64,000 nt of DNA from Abditibacteriaceae bacterium (GTDB lineage: Bacteria; Armatimonadota; Abditibacteriia; Abditibacteriales; Abditibacteriaceae), in the NCBI GenBank assembly GCA_031425655.1, contig JANPJS010000070.1, positions 1-64,000 on the forward strand, in the 5' to 3' direction. The position numbers were made by a program, and so were the translations under genes. Positions within the stretch are counted from its first letter, which is position 1; the number at the start of each line of letters is the position of its first letter. Positions 38,128 to 47,565 of this stretch are shown in pieces. The notes under the pieces were generated by a model. The model did no database searches. It was not told where the DNA came from and saw only the letters and a program-made list of their open reading frames with translations.

Positions 38128-39342
38128 ATGAAACTGGAACGATTCGGACCATTAGCCAACCAGATCATCAATCGATTAGCCTCCGCAGACCGTCACCATG
38201 TCGTGTTGGATCGTCCGGCGGTAGAGCGGGCTTTTGCCGAGCACTTCAGGCTCCTTGGCATGGCACCGCTGCCGCTTTGTTGGATGGACGATGGCGAAAT
38301 AGCTTACGATGAGATAGCACAACGGTTCTGGGCAACAGAGCCGGAAACCGGCTCAGAAGCGGCGCGTGCGGAATACGATGTCTACAAATGCGTATTTCTT
38401 CATCGTGGTCCCTCACGGGAGCAGGAATTCTTGGATCGCATACAGGCGTCAAAGTTAGCCGTTCTATCGCGAGAGCGAATGGACGCGCGTGCGGCGATGC
38501 ATGAAGAGGCAACTCAGGCGTATCAAAAGGCGATTTGGAAGCTGGCCTGGCCGGATTTTAAATCATTGAGGTGGGGATCGCCTTCCCCATCGGAACAGTG
38601 GAAGACGGCCTTTTTGGGAAGTTGGTCATTCGCGGAAGAAGCTGCCAGGGAGGCAGCATATCGCCGGGGCCGTAATCGTCAGGGCATGGAATCAGCCAGC
38701 GAGGAAGTAGAGTCGGCGGCGTGGCTGGCGTTGGAAGCGGCTTACTGGGCAGCGGCACGGGCGCTGGCCGATGGCGAATCGCCCGCCGTTGAACATTACA
38801 TCGCGGCTCACTTGCCGTTCTTGCAAGCCTATGAGGCCGGCTTATGGTGTTTCTGGGTGTGTCGTGACGAGGTGGTAGCAGTGCCGCGACCTTCAATTCG
38901 CATCCACGACAACCAACTGCACCATGAAGACGTCCCCGCCGTATCGTGGCCCAATGGCACCGAATACTATTTCTGGCATGGCATTCCTGTCCCTTCGGAA
39001 GTCGTCGAGTCGCCCCAATCCCTTACAGTGGCTTGCATCGATGCGGAAACCAACAGTGAAGTGCGACGGGTAATGATAGAGCGCTTCGGGCAGGAAAGCT
39101 ACTTGATCGAGGGCGGAGCTGTAAAGGTGGACCAAACCGATTGGGGCACGCTTTATCGCCGGCCAATCGCAGGAGAAGAGGATCTGGTGATGGTGAAGGT
39201 TATCAATGCCACAGCGGAGCCGAATGGCACCTTCAAAGATTACTTTCTCCGTGTGCCGCCCCACATCCAAACGGCAAAGGAAGCCGTAGCGTGGACCTTC
39301 CAAGAAAGCACCGATGATTACTTACCCGTTGTGCAAACCTGA
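38128..39342 (+). CDS. DUF6745-like protein, paralog 2
   Basis: Aligns end to end with paralog 1. Confidence 0.8.
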   Translation: MKLERFGPLANQIINRLASADRHHVVLDRPAVERAFAEHFRLLGMAPLPLCWMDDGEIAYDEIAQRFWATEPETGSEAARAEYDVYKCVFLHRGPSREQEFLDRIQASKLAVLSRERMDARAAMHEEATQAYQKAIWKLAWPDFKSLRWGSPSPSEQWKTAFLGSWSFAEEAAREAAYRRGRNRQGMESASEEVESAAWLALEAAYWAAARALADGESPAVEHYIAAHLPFLQAYEAGLWCFWVCRDEVVAVPRPSIRIHDNQLHHEDVPAVSWPNGTEYYFWHGIPVPSEVVESPQSLTVACIDAETNSEVRRVMIERFGQESYLIEGGAVKVDQTDWGTLYRRPIAGEEDLVMVKVINATAEPNGTFKDYFLRVPPHIQTAKEAVAWTFQESTDDYLPVVQT

Positions 39343-39471
39343 TCCTGTCCCAGCCTGGCGAATAGCGGAACCTGGCTGCCTTCCGTCGACGCCTACGAGG
39401 CCGCGATCTGCGGAGTGTTACCCGATGAAGTGGTTTTACGCTTAACCTTCATTGAGAGGGGTGAACTATTT

Positions 39472-40491
39472 ATGAGCCAACGCCAACAACTCGAACGGGT
39501 TCTGGAAATCGACCGGCAGATTCGTGCCGGCCTCTATCCCAACGCGGACCGCTTGGCCGCCGAGTTGGAAGTCAGTCGGCGCGTCATCTTTATGGATCGG
39601 CAGTTCATGGTTGAGCGATTAAAGGCACCCATCATTCATGACCGTAAGCACGGCGGCTGGCGCTATCGAGATGCCACCTGGATGCTGCCTTCCACGATGG
39701 TGAGCGAGGGCGAGTTGCTGGCCTTCGCGTTGGGCATTGAAGCGGCCCGCCGCGCCGTTGGCACCGCCCTGGAAGCTCCTCTCAAGTCCGCCGTTGAAAA
39801 AATCACAAGGAGCCTGCGTGGGCCGGTGCAGGTGGATTTGGCATCGCTGCAAAGGCACTGCAGCTTTGGCTCATCGTCGGCGGTCGCAGTGGATGAACGC
39901 ACTCTGTTGAGCCTGCTGGCCGCGATCAGCGAGAGCCGGTCGGTGCGTATGGATTACTTCACAGCGGAAAGTAACACATCGTCCCGGCGAGTCGTTGATC
40001 CTTATCATTTGCACCATGTCAACGGCGCCTGGTATCTCATCGCATTCGACTATGTGCGCCTCAAGATACTGACGTTCCATGTCGGGCGTATCCGCTCCCT
40101 GGAGATCAAGGAGCAGAGCTTCACACGCGATCCCGGCTTTGATGCGGAGCAATGGCTCCGTTCCGCGTTTCAAGCCGAATCAGGCGAAGAAGTGGTGGAC
40201 TTTGCTATACGCTTTGACGACTATCAGGCCGTCTTCATCCGCGACCGTGTCTGGCATCCCTCGCAGCGCATCGAAGAGTTGCCGCACGGTGAGTTAATTT
40301 TGCATTTTCAAAGCAGCAGTTGGGGCGAAGTGTTGCGTTTTGTTCTACAATACGGCAGCCATGCCGAAGTCTTGTCACCGGTCGAGTTGCGACACGAAGT
40401 GGCCGTTGAAGTGGCAGTCCTGAACCAACGTTACAGTCGTGACTTTATGAACTCCGGTGAAACGACAATAGGGCCGGAAGGGAGCGACTGA
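39472..40491 (+). CDS. HTH-WYL-WCX transcriptional regulator
   Basis: N-terminal HTH LAAELEVSRRVI; RVVDPYHL....WYLIAF (WYL); WHPSQ; LQYGSHAEVLSP. Confidence 0.92.
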   Translation: MSQRQQLERVLEIDRQIRAGLYPNADRLAAELEVSRRVIFMDRQFMVERLKAPIIHDRKHGGWRYRDATWMLPSTMVSEGELLAFALGIEAARRAVGTALEAPLKSAVEKITRSLRGPVQVDLASLQRHCSFGSSSAVAVDERTLLSLLAAISESRSVRMDYFTAESNTSSRRVVDPYHLHHVNGAWYLIAFDYVRLKILTFHVGRIRSLEIKEQSFTRDPGFDAEQWLRSAFQAESGEEVVDFAIRFDDYQAVFIRDRVWHPSQRIEELPHGELILHFQSSSWGEVLRFVLQYGSHAEVLSPVELRHEVAVEVAVLNQRYSRDFMNSGETTIGPEGSD

Positions 40492-40492
40492 A

Positions 40493-40738
40493 ATGGACCA
40501 GCCACGCTTGCTGAGATCAAAGCGCCTGCGCGTCGTGTTTTGGCAGGCCGCCAATGGACGACGCCGGCTTTGTGGATGCCCTTTGCCAGTCGTGTGGCAC
40601 GCCGACCACGTTCAACCCTGCAGTCGCTCAGGACGCACCAACGTCCATGAAATGCAGGCGACCTGTCCACAGTGCAATTTGAAGAAAGGAGCCGGCCATG
40701 CTGCGCCGACATCAGGCCGAACTGCTGGCTCTCTGTGA
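40493..40738 (+). CDS. Small HNH endonuclease-like protein (possibly degenerate)
   Basis: CG.PL...WHADHVQP...CPQCNLKKG; the first Zn-binding Cys appears replaced by Arg. Confidence 0.65.
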   Translation: MDQPRLLRSKRLRVVFWQAANGRRRLCGCPLPVVWHADHVQPCSRSGRTNVHEMQATCPQCNLKKGAGHAAPTSGRTAGSL

Positions 40739-42497
40739 AGAAATCCAACAGGGCCAGCACTCGGAACTGCAAGACATCCTGTGCTCCGTCACGCCTGGCG
40801 GCGGAAAGAGCACATTACCCTTGATCGCGGCCGCCCGACTCATTGGAGAGTATGCCGACAAGCTGTGCTGGATCGTGCCACGCCTTTCCTTGCAGCGCCA
40901 AGCCGAGTTTGAGTTTCTGAAGACCGTCTTCCGGCGCCGTCTGAACCACCGACACGAAGTGCGCCAGAGCACCAACGACCTTGACCCTTCACGGGGCCTC
41001 AGCGGCTACATCACGACTTATCAGGCCGTAGCGCAGAATCCGGCGTTACACGTTCATGAGTTCAGCCGCTATCGTTACATCGTTGTGCTCGATGAGCCGC
41101 ATCATGTTGAAGAGGGTGGCGCGTGGGAAAGAGCCTTAGCGCCGGTCGTAGAACAGGCCACCTTGAGAATCTTGATGAGCGGCACGTTGGAGCGTGCCAA
41201 CGGACGGCGCATTGCCTTTTTCCCTTATCGTCTGCGCGATGGCGTCGAACACCTCGATCTCACGCCCGATAGCGGAACATCTGTCATTCGCTACTCGCGG
41301 GCGCAGGCACTGACCGAACGGGCCATCATCCCGCTTTTTTTTCGACACTTCGATGCGCGAGCTGAGTGGATGAACGGGAGTGGCGAACTGCGGAGCGCAG
41401 AGACTTTGAACAGCGCCGGCAAGGAGGCTGCGCAGGCACTCTATACCGCGCTTAGCACTCGATATGCTTATCAACTATTGGATGCCGCTGTGCAGGACTG
41501 GCAGGCTCATAAACGCGAAAACCCTCGTTCTAAACTGCTGGTCGTGGCAGCGTCGACGGCGGCGGCTCGCGAATACGTCCGCCACGTCAAACAGGCCGGC
41601 ATCGCCGCCGACATCGCCACCAGCCTGGAATCCGAGCAAGCGCTCCGTAACATCGAGCGATTCCGTAAAGTTGGGACTCCTGACGCCGTGGATGTGCTGG
41701 TGACGGTGCAGATGGCTTATGAGGGGCTGGACGTGCCCTCTATCACGCACCTGGCGTGTTTAACACATATTCGGAGCCGTCCCTGGATTGAGCAGATGTT
41801 CGCTCGCGCGACCCGCTACGATTCGCAGGGGCCAGCTTATGAGCAGCAGGCGGCTTATGCTTACGTGCCCGATGATCCACTCATCATGCGTATCATCAGA
41901 GACCTAGCCGAAGAACAGGAGCCGTTCATTGCCCGCCATGACCAAAATGTCGTTAGGAGCAGTGCGAACCCGAATGAAAATGAAGACGCTGCCGCACCAC
42001 AATTTATCGTTCCCTGCGATTCAGCGGTCACTCGTCAGCGGGCCAGTGTCCTCAGCGAAGATGTGGATGCGTTGAGTTACGAAGAGACACAAACGATTCA
42101 GGCCATGATGGCGCGTCATGGCGTAGTAGGACTCAGTCCGGTTCAGCTCAAGCGCGTGCTGGCCGATGCCGGCGTCCATTTGAGCAACGATGCATCTGTG
42201 GGAGGTGACTTCAAGAGCGGAGAGGTCCTACCGCGACCAGTCGTCGAAGGAGAAACCATGGCAACTGCCAGTGAGCGGGAACAACGCCTGCGTCAAGCGA
42301 TTCAGAAGCACTGCAACTCCGTAGATCGCCTACGCCATTGGGAGCATGGAACGTCTAATCGTTTGGTGTTGGAGCAGTTTGGAAAGTCGCGTGAGATGAT
42401 GACGATTGAAGAATTGACGACCGTCTGGCAGTGGTTGCAGCGAACTCAGCCGCGACAACGGCTTCCCGCATTCCCGCGCACCAGAGTTTATTCCTGA
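40698..42497 (+). CDS. SF2 DEAD/DEAH-like helicase
   Basis: TPGGGKS, DEPHH, MSGT, EGLDVP and QMFARATR motifs. Confidence 0.88.
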   Translation: MLRRHQAELLALCEEIQQGQHSELQDILCSVTPGGGKSTLPLIAAARLIGEYADKLCWIVPRLSLQRQAEFEFLKTVFRRRLNHRHEVRQSTNDLDPSRGLSGYITTYQAVAQNPALHVHEFSRYRYIVVLDEPHHVEEGGAWERALAPVVEQATLRILMSGTLERANGRRIAFFPYRLRDGVEHLDLTPDSGTSVIRYSRAQALTERAIIPLFFRHFDARAEWMNGSGELRSAETLNSAGKEAAQALYTALSTRYAYQLLDAAVQDWQAHKRENPRSKLLVVAASTAAAREYVRHVKQAGIAADIATSLESEQALRNIERFRKVGTPDAVDVLVTVQMAYEGLDVPSITHLACLTHIRSRPWIEQMFARATRYDSQGPAYEQQAAYAYVPDDPLIMRIIRDLAEEQEPFIARHDQNVVRSSANPNENEDAAAPQFIVPCDSAVTRQRASVLSEDVDALSYEETQTIQAMMARHGVVGLSPVQLKRVLADAGVHLSNDASVGGDFKSGEVLPRPVVEGETMATASEREQRLRQAIQKHCNSVDRLRHWEHGTSNRLVLEQFGKSREMMTIEELTTVWQWLQRTQPRQRLPAFPRTRVYS

Positions 42498-42543
42498 ACC
42501 GCAAGAACAAGTATCGAGAGACGGTGCGGCCAAGCCTACGATC

Positions 42544-42828
42544 TCAAGATTCCGTATCGGTATACCGTCGAAGTGCGGCATCATAGCGATCAATAAAGTC
42601 CGGCAATGAAATACCGAGGGCGCGACAGATCAAAGCCAGTTGGGCAATATCAAGGCGACGGTCACCGGTCTCAGCTTTGGTCACGAAGCCCTGTGATTTG
42701 TGGAGCCGTCGTGCCAACTCCTCCTGAGTTACCCCGACTCCTTCCCTCGCTGAACGTAGCTCGGCAAGGAAGATTTTATATTCAGGAGTGTAGATAGCTC
42801 CACGTTCTGGTCGCTTCCGTTCTGGCAC
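42544..42828 (-). CDS. XRE family HTH regulator
   Basis: LRSAREGVGVTQEELARRL.KSQGFVTKAETGDRRLD. Confidence 0.88.
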   Translation of the reverse strand: MPERKRPERGAIYTPEYKIFLAELRSAREGVGVTQEELARRLHKSQGFVTKAETGDRRLDIAQLALICRALGISLPDFIDRYDAALRRYTDTES

Positions 42829-43114
42829 ACCATCAGATTAGCCATTGCCCGCCTTTAGTCCATGAGGTCATAATTTGATGTGGCCCAGACGACCTGTCAG
42901 CTTTCCATTTCAGTCAAGAAAGCTGTTCTGCAGAAAAGTAACGGCGAAGCCTTTCGCTGATGAACCAAATATCGCAGCGGCGGTTAGTCATCGCCGCTGC
43001 GACAGAGTGGTAGGAGCGGGACATAGTGCCTCCAGACCGCACTGTCTTACGGCGTAACGAAAGATTTCAGACACATATTGAGCCTCAAAAACGAGGTTCC
43101 TAAAGGGGCTGTCC

Positions 43115-44206
43115 ATGGAAACACTCAGTTTGTTCAGTCATTTTGCACAACGCACCGGAGCACCGGAGCGCCATGCTACTGAAGCACTTTGCTTCATTTT
43201 GCAACGATCAATAGTCGCAAGGGAGGCATTGCAAGGGTTTCTCCGTCAGCAGGGGGTAACCCTGCCTGAAAAGTTGGACTATGAAAGTCAGGTTCTTTGC
43301 GGCGATGGCTGCATTCCCGACCTCGTCGCGTTTGATGAGAAAGGCCGTCGGGTGCTGATTTTGGAGGGGAAGTTCTGGGCTCCGCTAACGGATCGGCAAC
43401 CTGTTTCTTACTTGGAAACCTTAACCCCGGATGAGCCGGGCCTTCTGGCCTTCGTCGCTCCCGCCGTGCGCGTGCCAAAGCTATGGAATGAATTACTTCT
43501 TCGTTGCCGAGAATCATCAGTCAGAGTCCAGCCTTCTTCCAATCCTCTGGTCACGGATAGCTCCTGCATCGGCTCAGTTGGAGGAACTTCTACTACGCTG
43601 GCTGTTTTCTCGTGGCGCCAACTTTTGAATCTCCTGACCCAAGCGTTGAAGGAGGCCGGTGAATTCGGCGCCGCCGCCGATGTGCAACAGCTTGAGGGAT
43701 TGTGCGAGGCAATGGATGAATCGGCGTTCTTACCGCTGCGCGCGGAGGAACTGGATCCCAGTCACGGCTTGCGCTTGCACCAGTTCGGTCTTCTGATCGA
43801 CCACATCTTTGATCACTTAGAAGAATCATCAACGCCGTGGTTCAAGTCTCCAGGCCGCTATGACGCTGGCCCCGGATCGTTCGGCAGAAACCTTCAGATG
43901 CATGGCATCAGCGCATGGCTCGGAATCAGTGGGGATTTATGGGCCACCATGCGTGGGACCCCGGAGATCGCCACGCCCCTTTGGATTGAGTTCTATGGAG
44001 ACAGGCAACAGATTCGTAGACTCCGCCAGCAACTGCGGCAGTTGCCTGACGATGAAGAGACCAGACTCCGATCAGTGGACGATCCAGTCGTTGGTCCAAA
44101 TATTTCGGTAGCTATAGATCTCATGATAGGTGTGGACGAGCAGCGACTCGTTAAAAGCGTGGTGCAACAACTTAACGAGATCGCTGCACTTGTCGCATCG
44201 TCCTGA
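43115..44206 (+). CDS. PD-(D/E)XK nuclease-like protein
   Basis: E..ATEAL, PDLV, ILEGKFWAPLT.RQP..Y. Confidence 0.7.
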   Translation: METLSLFSHFAQRTGAPERHATEALCFILQRSIVAREALQGFLRQQGVTLPEKLDYESQVLCGDGCIPDLVAFDEKGRRVLILEGKFWAPLTDRQPVSYLETLTPDEPGLLAFVAPAVRVPKLWNELLLRCRESSVRVQPSSNPLVTDSSCIGSVGGTSTTLAVFSWRQLLNLLTQALKEAGEFGAAADVQQLEGLCEAMDESAFLPLRAEELDPSHGLRLHQFGLLIDHIFDHLEESSTPWFKSPGRYDAGPGSFGRNLQMHGISAWLGISGDLWATMRGTPEIATPLWIEFYGDRQQIRRLRQQLRQLPDDEETRLRSVDDPVVGPNISVAIDLMIGVDEQRLVKSVVQQLNEIAALVASS

Positions 44207-44226
44207 AAACTCCCGGCATGATCCTC

Positions 44227-44775
44227 TTAAGGAGCACGACGGCCTGATGCCGTATTGGCAGCCAGCCCATCAGCTTCTGCGCCGTAGGTTTGCTCGAACC
44301 ACAGGGCACGTGCGAGGGCAATCGCACGGATCCTCCCGCTGCGCCACAGCACGCCGATAAGGTGGCGTAGATGCTTGCAGTGATAGGTGCTGGTTAGGAT
44401 CGTGGGCCAGTGGTTTAACGCTTCAACGAGCGGATCGATGTCGTAGAGCGCCCTGTAACAGTCACACCAAACGAGGCCGGTTTCCTGGTCGTAGGAGGGA
44501 TGCCATTTCTGCCCACCAGAGTTGAGGGAAATGCCCACTTTCGGGCTGTAGGAGCGAACCGTAAAGACCAAGATGCCGCCAGGCAGTTCTTCGATGTTGC
44601 ACACCTCGATATTGCGTGACGACGGTCTTGGGCCATAGCACTTCTTGTGTGTAGGGCCACCTCGACGATGGCTCAACTGCTCAACCCCGGCTATGCTACT
44701 GAAACTCTCACTCAAGTTAATCTCCAGTGGCTTCTTTAGCGCTCGCCGTCGTCGACGTCGTTGCCGGTGTGCCAT
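44227..44775 (-). CDS. SWIM zinc-finger-like protein
   Basis: CDC...CKH motif. Confidence 0.5.
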   Translation of the reverse strand: MAHRQRRRRRRALKKPLEINLSESFSSIAGVEQLSHRRGGPTHKKCYGPRPSSRNIEVCNIEELPGGILVFTVRSYSPKVGISLNSGGQKWHPSYDQETGLVWCDCYRALYDIDPLVEALNHWPTILTSTYHCKHLRHLIGVLWRSGRIRAIALARALWFEQTYGAEADGLAANTASGRRAP

Positions 44776-44780
44776 GAGAG

Positions 44781-45095
44781 TTACTCTCCGTCCTGTGAAT
44801 ACGTTTCGCGGCTATGCACCTCTCGCCTGGGTGGCCTCACCGGTTGCCTTGGTGGCTTGATCTTTTCAGCCATGATCTGCTTCATGGCTTCACAATTCAT
44901 ACAGTCCTCATGCGAGCCTCCATGCTCGCCTACCTGCTTGCCAGAGAGCGCAGGAATGCGTTGTTCGCGCAGTTCGTTGACGGCGTCCTCGGCGTCCAGT
45001 CCGCTCATGTTGTGGCCAAACACGGTATAGACCCGTTGCTGCGGATCAAAAAGAACAACATTCCATAACTCAGTCTTTCGCATTATTTTGCTCAT
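44781..45095 (-). CDS. Hypothetical protein
   Basis: ORF in a co-oriented cluster; CMNC motif. Confidence 0.5.
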   Translation of the reverse strand: MSKIMRKTELWNVVLFDPQQRVYTVFGHNMSGLDAEDAVNELREQRIPALSGKQVGEHGGSHEDCMNCEAMKQIMAEKIKPPRQPVRPPRREVHSRETYSQDGE

Positions 45096-45100
45096 TTTTA

Positions 45101-45508
45101 TCAACAGATCGTATTGCCCAAACCTACCACATCGGCACAGAGAATTCCGCCGCGCAGCTTCAACATTTCGATGGTTTTGGCCTGATACTCTCGGGGCGGT
45201 TTGGCCATCTTGAACTTGGTGAGGTCTATGTTGTTCTCGTGCAGATGATCCATCTGTTCCTGCACTTCGTGGTATCGCGCTACTCGCAATGCCATCTCGT
45301 CCGGCGAGAGAACGTTCAACCGATAACGTTGGAGAAACCAGTCTAGGTCTTTGCTCGCTTCGTCGGTTGCTTTTAACCGGGCCGTCGTTCTGTCCAGCGG
45401 CTGTGTTCTGGTGATGGTGTTTGCCAATCGGGCGATGATGTGTGGCTCGGCCTTGATATGCCAGAAGCCTTCTTCCAGCGAAACGCTGCCTTTGTCTGTT
45501 CTGCTCAT
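45101..45508 (-). pseudogene. Truncated SNF2-like helicase N-terminus
   Basis: PREYQ (Q motif) and ILCADVVGLGNT (degenerate Walker A), then a stop. Confidence 0.6.
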
Positions 45509-45790
45509 GTTGTTCCTCGAGGTAGATTTGTCAGCAGTTTGGGCGTTGCTTTGTTCGAAGTTGTCATTTCGAATGGCCTTTGGCCGCGTGAAACTGCGTA
45601 ACCTGATGTTATTTTATATCCGGCTGATCGGAGGATAAGTTCCTTTATCATGCATCGCTTCGATATGAAGAAACAAGCCTAAAATCGCGTAACTACCCGG
45701 AGTTAAGCACCAGAGTAGGATGCGCCTGACCGGATAAAAAATCTTAAATAGAAATGTTACTACCGAAGGGCTGATACTATACTTAGATCT

Positions 45791-46795
45791 ATGGAAATCG
45801 AGCTTCTTCATCGACCCGAAGCCAGTTGGCAAGATACCTTCTCTGCAAACTTAGCGTTGCCTTCTGAAGTGGTTGAACGGTTGCCGGCGGTGATCGCCGC
45901 CGCCGGCGATAAAGCGGCTTTTCATTTCGTTGAGTTCTTCACAGCCAACATTAGGAACCGAAATACCAGACGCGCCTATGCTCGTGCAGCGTATGCGTTC
46001 ATGCGCTTCTGTGATCAACACGAAGTTTCGCTGCATCAGGTGACGCCTATCGTAGTTTCGGCTTACATTGAAGTCCAGAAAGGGGCACCGCAAAGCGTCA
46101 ACCAGCAACTGGCGGCCATCAGGATGCTGTTCGATCACTTGGTGATAAAGCAGGTCATACCGGGCAATCCTGCGGCTTCAGTGCATGGAGTGGCCCATGT
46201 TGCCAAGACAGGCAAAACGCCTGTGCTTTCAGGGGAAGACACGCGCCGCTTGCTGGATAGCATTGACGTTTCTACGCCCGTCGGCTTACGAGATCGAGCG
46301 CTTATCGGAGTGATGGTCTTTTCTTTTGCACGTGTGGGTGCGGTCGTGAAGATGAACGTGGGAGATTTCTACAAGAACGGACAAAGCCACCACATTCGGT
46401 TAACAGAGAAGGGCGGGCGCTTTCACGAAGTGCCTGCCCATTCGCAAGCAGAGCAGTTCCTGAGGACTTATGTAGCCGCCGCCGGCATCGCCTCTGAGAG
46501 AAAGAAGCCTTTGTTTCGCACAGCCCTGATGTTTTCAGATCTGCTGTCGGAGAATCGGATGAGCGAGAATGATGTGCTCAGAATGATAAAACGGCGAGCC
46601 GCTAACGCAGGTCTGGCGGAATCCACCTGCTGCCACACGTTCCGTGCTACCGGCATTACTCTCTACTTGGAGAATGGTGGAATATTGGAAAACGCCCAAA
46701 GACTGGCGGCGCATGAATCACCACGCACTACGAAGCTTTATGACCGGACAGTCGTCACTATTACATCCGATGAGATGGAAAGAATAGTCATTTAG
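45791..46795 (+). CDS. Tyrosine recombinase/integrase
   Basis: RDRALI...FARV, EKGG, HTFRATGIT, AHESPRTTKLY. Confidence 0.92.
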   Translation: MEIELLHRPEASWQDTFSANLALPSEVVERLPAVIAAAGDKAAFHFVEFFTANIRNRNTRRAYARAAYAFMRFCDQHEVSLHQVTPIVVSAYIEVQKGAPQSVNQQLAAIRMLFDHLVIKQVIPGNPAASVHGVAHVAKTGKTPVLSGEDTRRLLDSIDVSTPVGLRDRALIGVMVFSFARVGAVVKMNVGDFYKNGQSHHIRLTEKGGRFHEVPAHSQAEQFLRTYVAAAGIASERKKPLFRTALMFSDLLSENRMSENDVLRMIKRRAANAGLAESTCCHTFRATGITLYLENGGILENAQRLAAHESPRTTKLYDRTVVTITSDEMERIVI

Positions 46796-47062
46796 TGATG
46801 GATGACTTTGTTTCCAACAACTTCCACAAACGCAATGCAGAATAAATATCACGCCTCGCGTAGATAGATCAATGATTACCGAGAGCCTCACCCTAACGAT
46901 AATGCACATTAGCCCATGCTTAAGAGGGTTAAGTTGGCAATGAATTCGGTTCGAGCTATTATATATCCCCAAACGCATATATAATAGCTATCGTGTGTCC
47001 GTGTGTGTTCCCATTATTCAATTACTTGAAAGCATTCAATTTGCATCAAACAGAATCAAGCT

Positions 47063-47521
47063 ATGGCTCCTGTTCCCAGTTTCAAGGGTTTGAAGCCCGC
47101 CTCGGAAGCGGCCTCCCGCGCCAAGCAACGTAACGCGCGGCGCGACACAGTGCATGAGGTGTTACTTCGACGGGCGGTGTGGCGACTGGGCCTGCGTTAT
47201 CGCAAAAACGTGGAATCATTGCCAGGTAAACCGGACTTGGTATTTGTGAGCGCGCAGGTCGTCGTGTTTTGCGACGGCGACTTTTGGCATGGGCGCGACT
47301 GGCCCAAGTTACGGCAACAGTTGCAGCACCGGGCCAACCCTGATTATTGGGTCGCCAAAATCGAAAGTAACATGGCTCGTGACGCGCGCACGACAGCGCA
47401 TTGGCAGGAAAAAGGCTGGCAGGTCGTCCGATTGTGGGAAACGGACATTAAACGCGACACAGAAGGCACAGCCCGTCTTGTGCAACACGCCGTTACTAAG
47501 GGAGCATCCCCCAAACGCTGA
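47063..47521 (+). CDS. vsr: Very-short-patch repair endonuclease
   Basis: LPGKPDLVF, VFCDGDFWHG, YW..KI..N..RD and GW.V.RLWE motifs. Confidence 0.93.
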   Translation: MAPVPSFKGLKPASEAASRAKQRNARRDTVHEVLLRRAVWRLGLRYRKNVESLPGKPDLVFVSAQVVVFCDGDFWHGRDWPKLRQQLQHRANPDYWVAKIESNMARDARTTAHWQEKGWQVVRLWETDIKRDTEGTARLVQHAVTKGASPKR

Positions 47522-47565
47522 GCCATGAAGAAATCACAGCACACTTCACACAAGGGCGTGGCATT

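Noticed and set aside
36772..39342. Diversity-generating retroelement TR/VR pair
   Set aside because: Both copies are full ORFs, differences are not adenine-specific by eye, and no reverse transcriptase is in the window.
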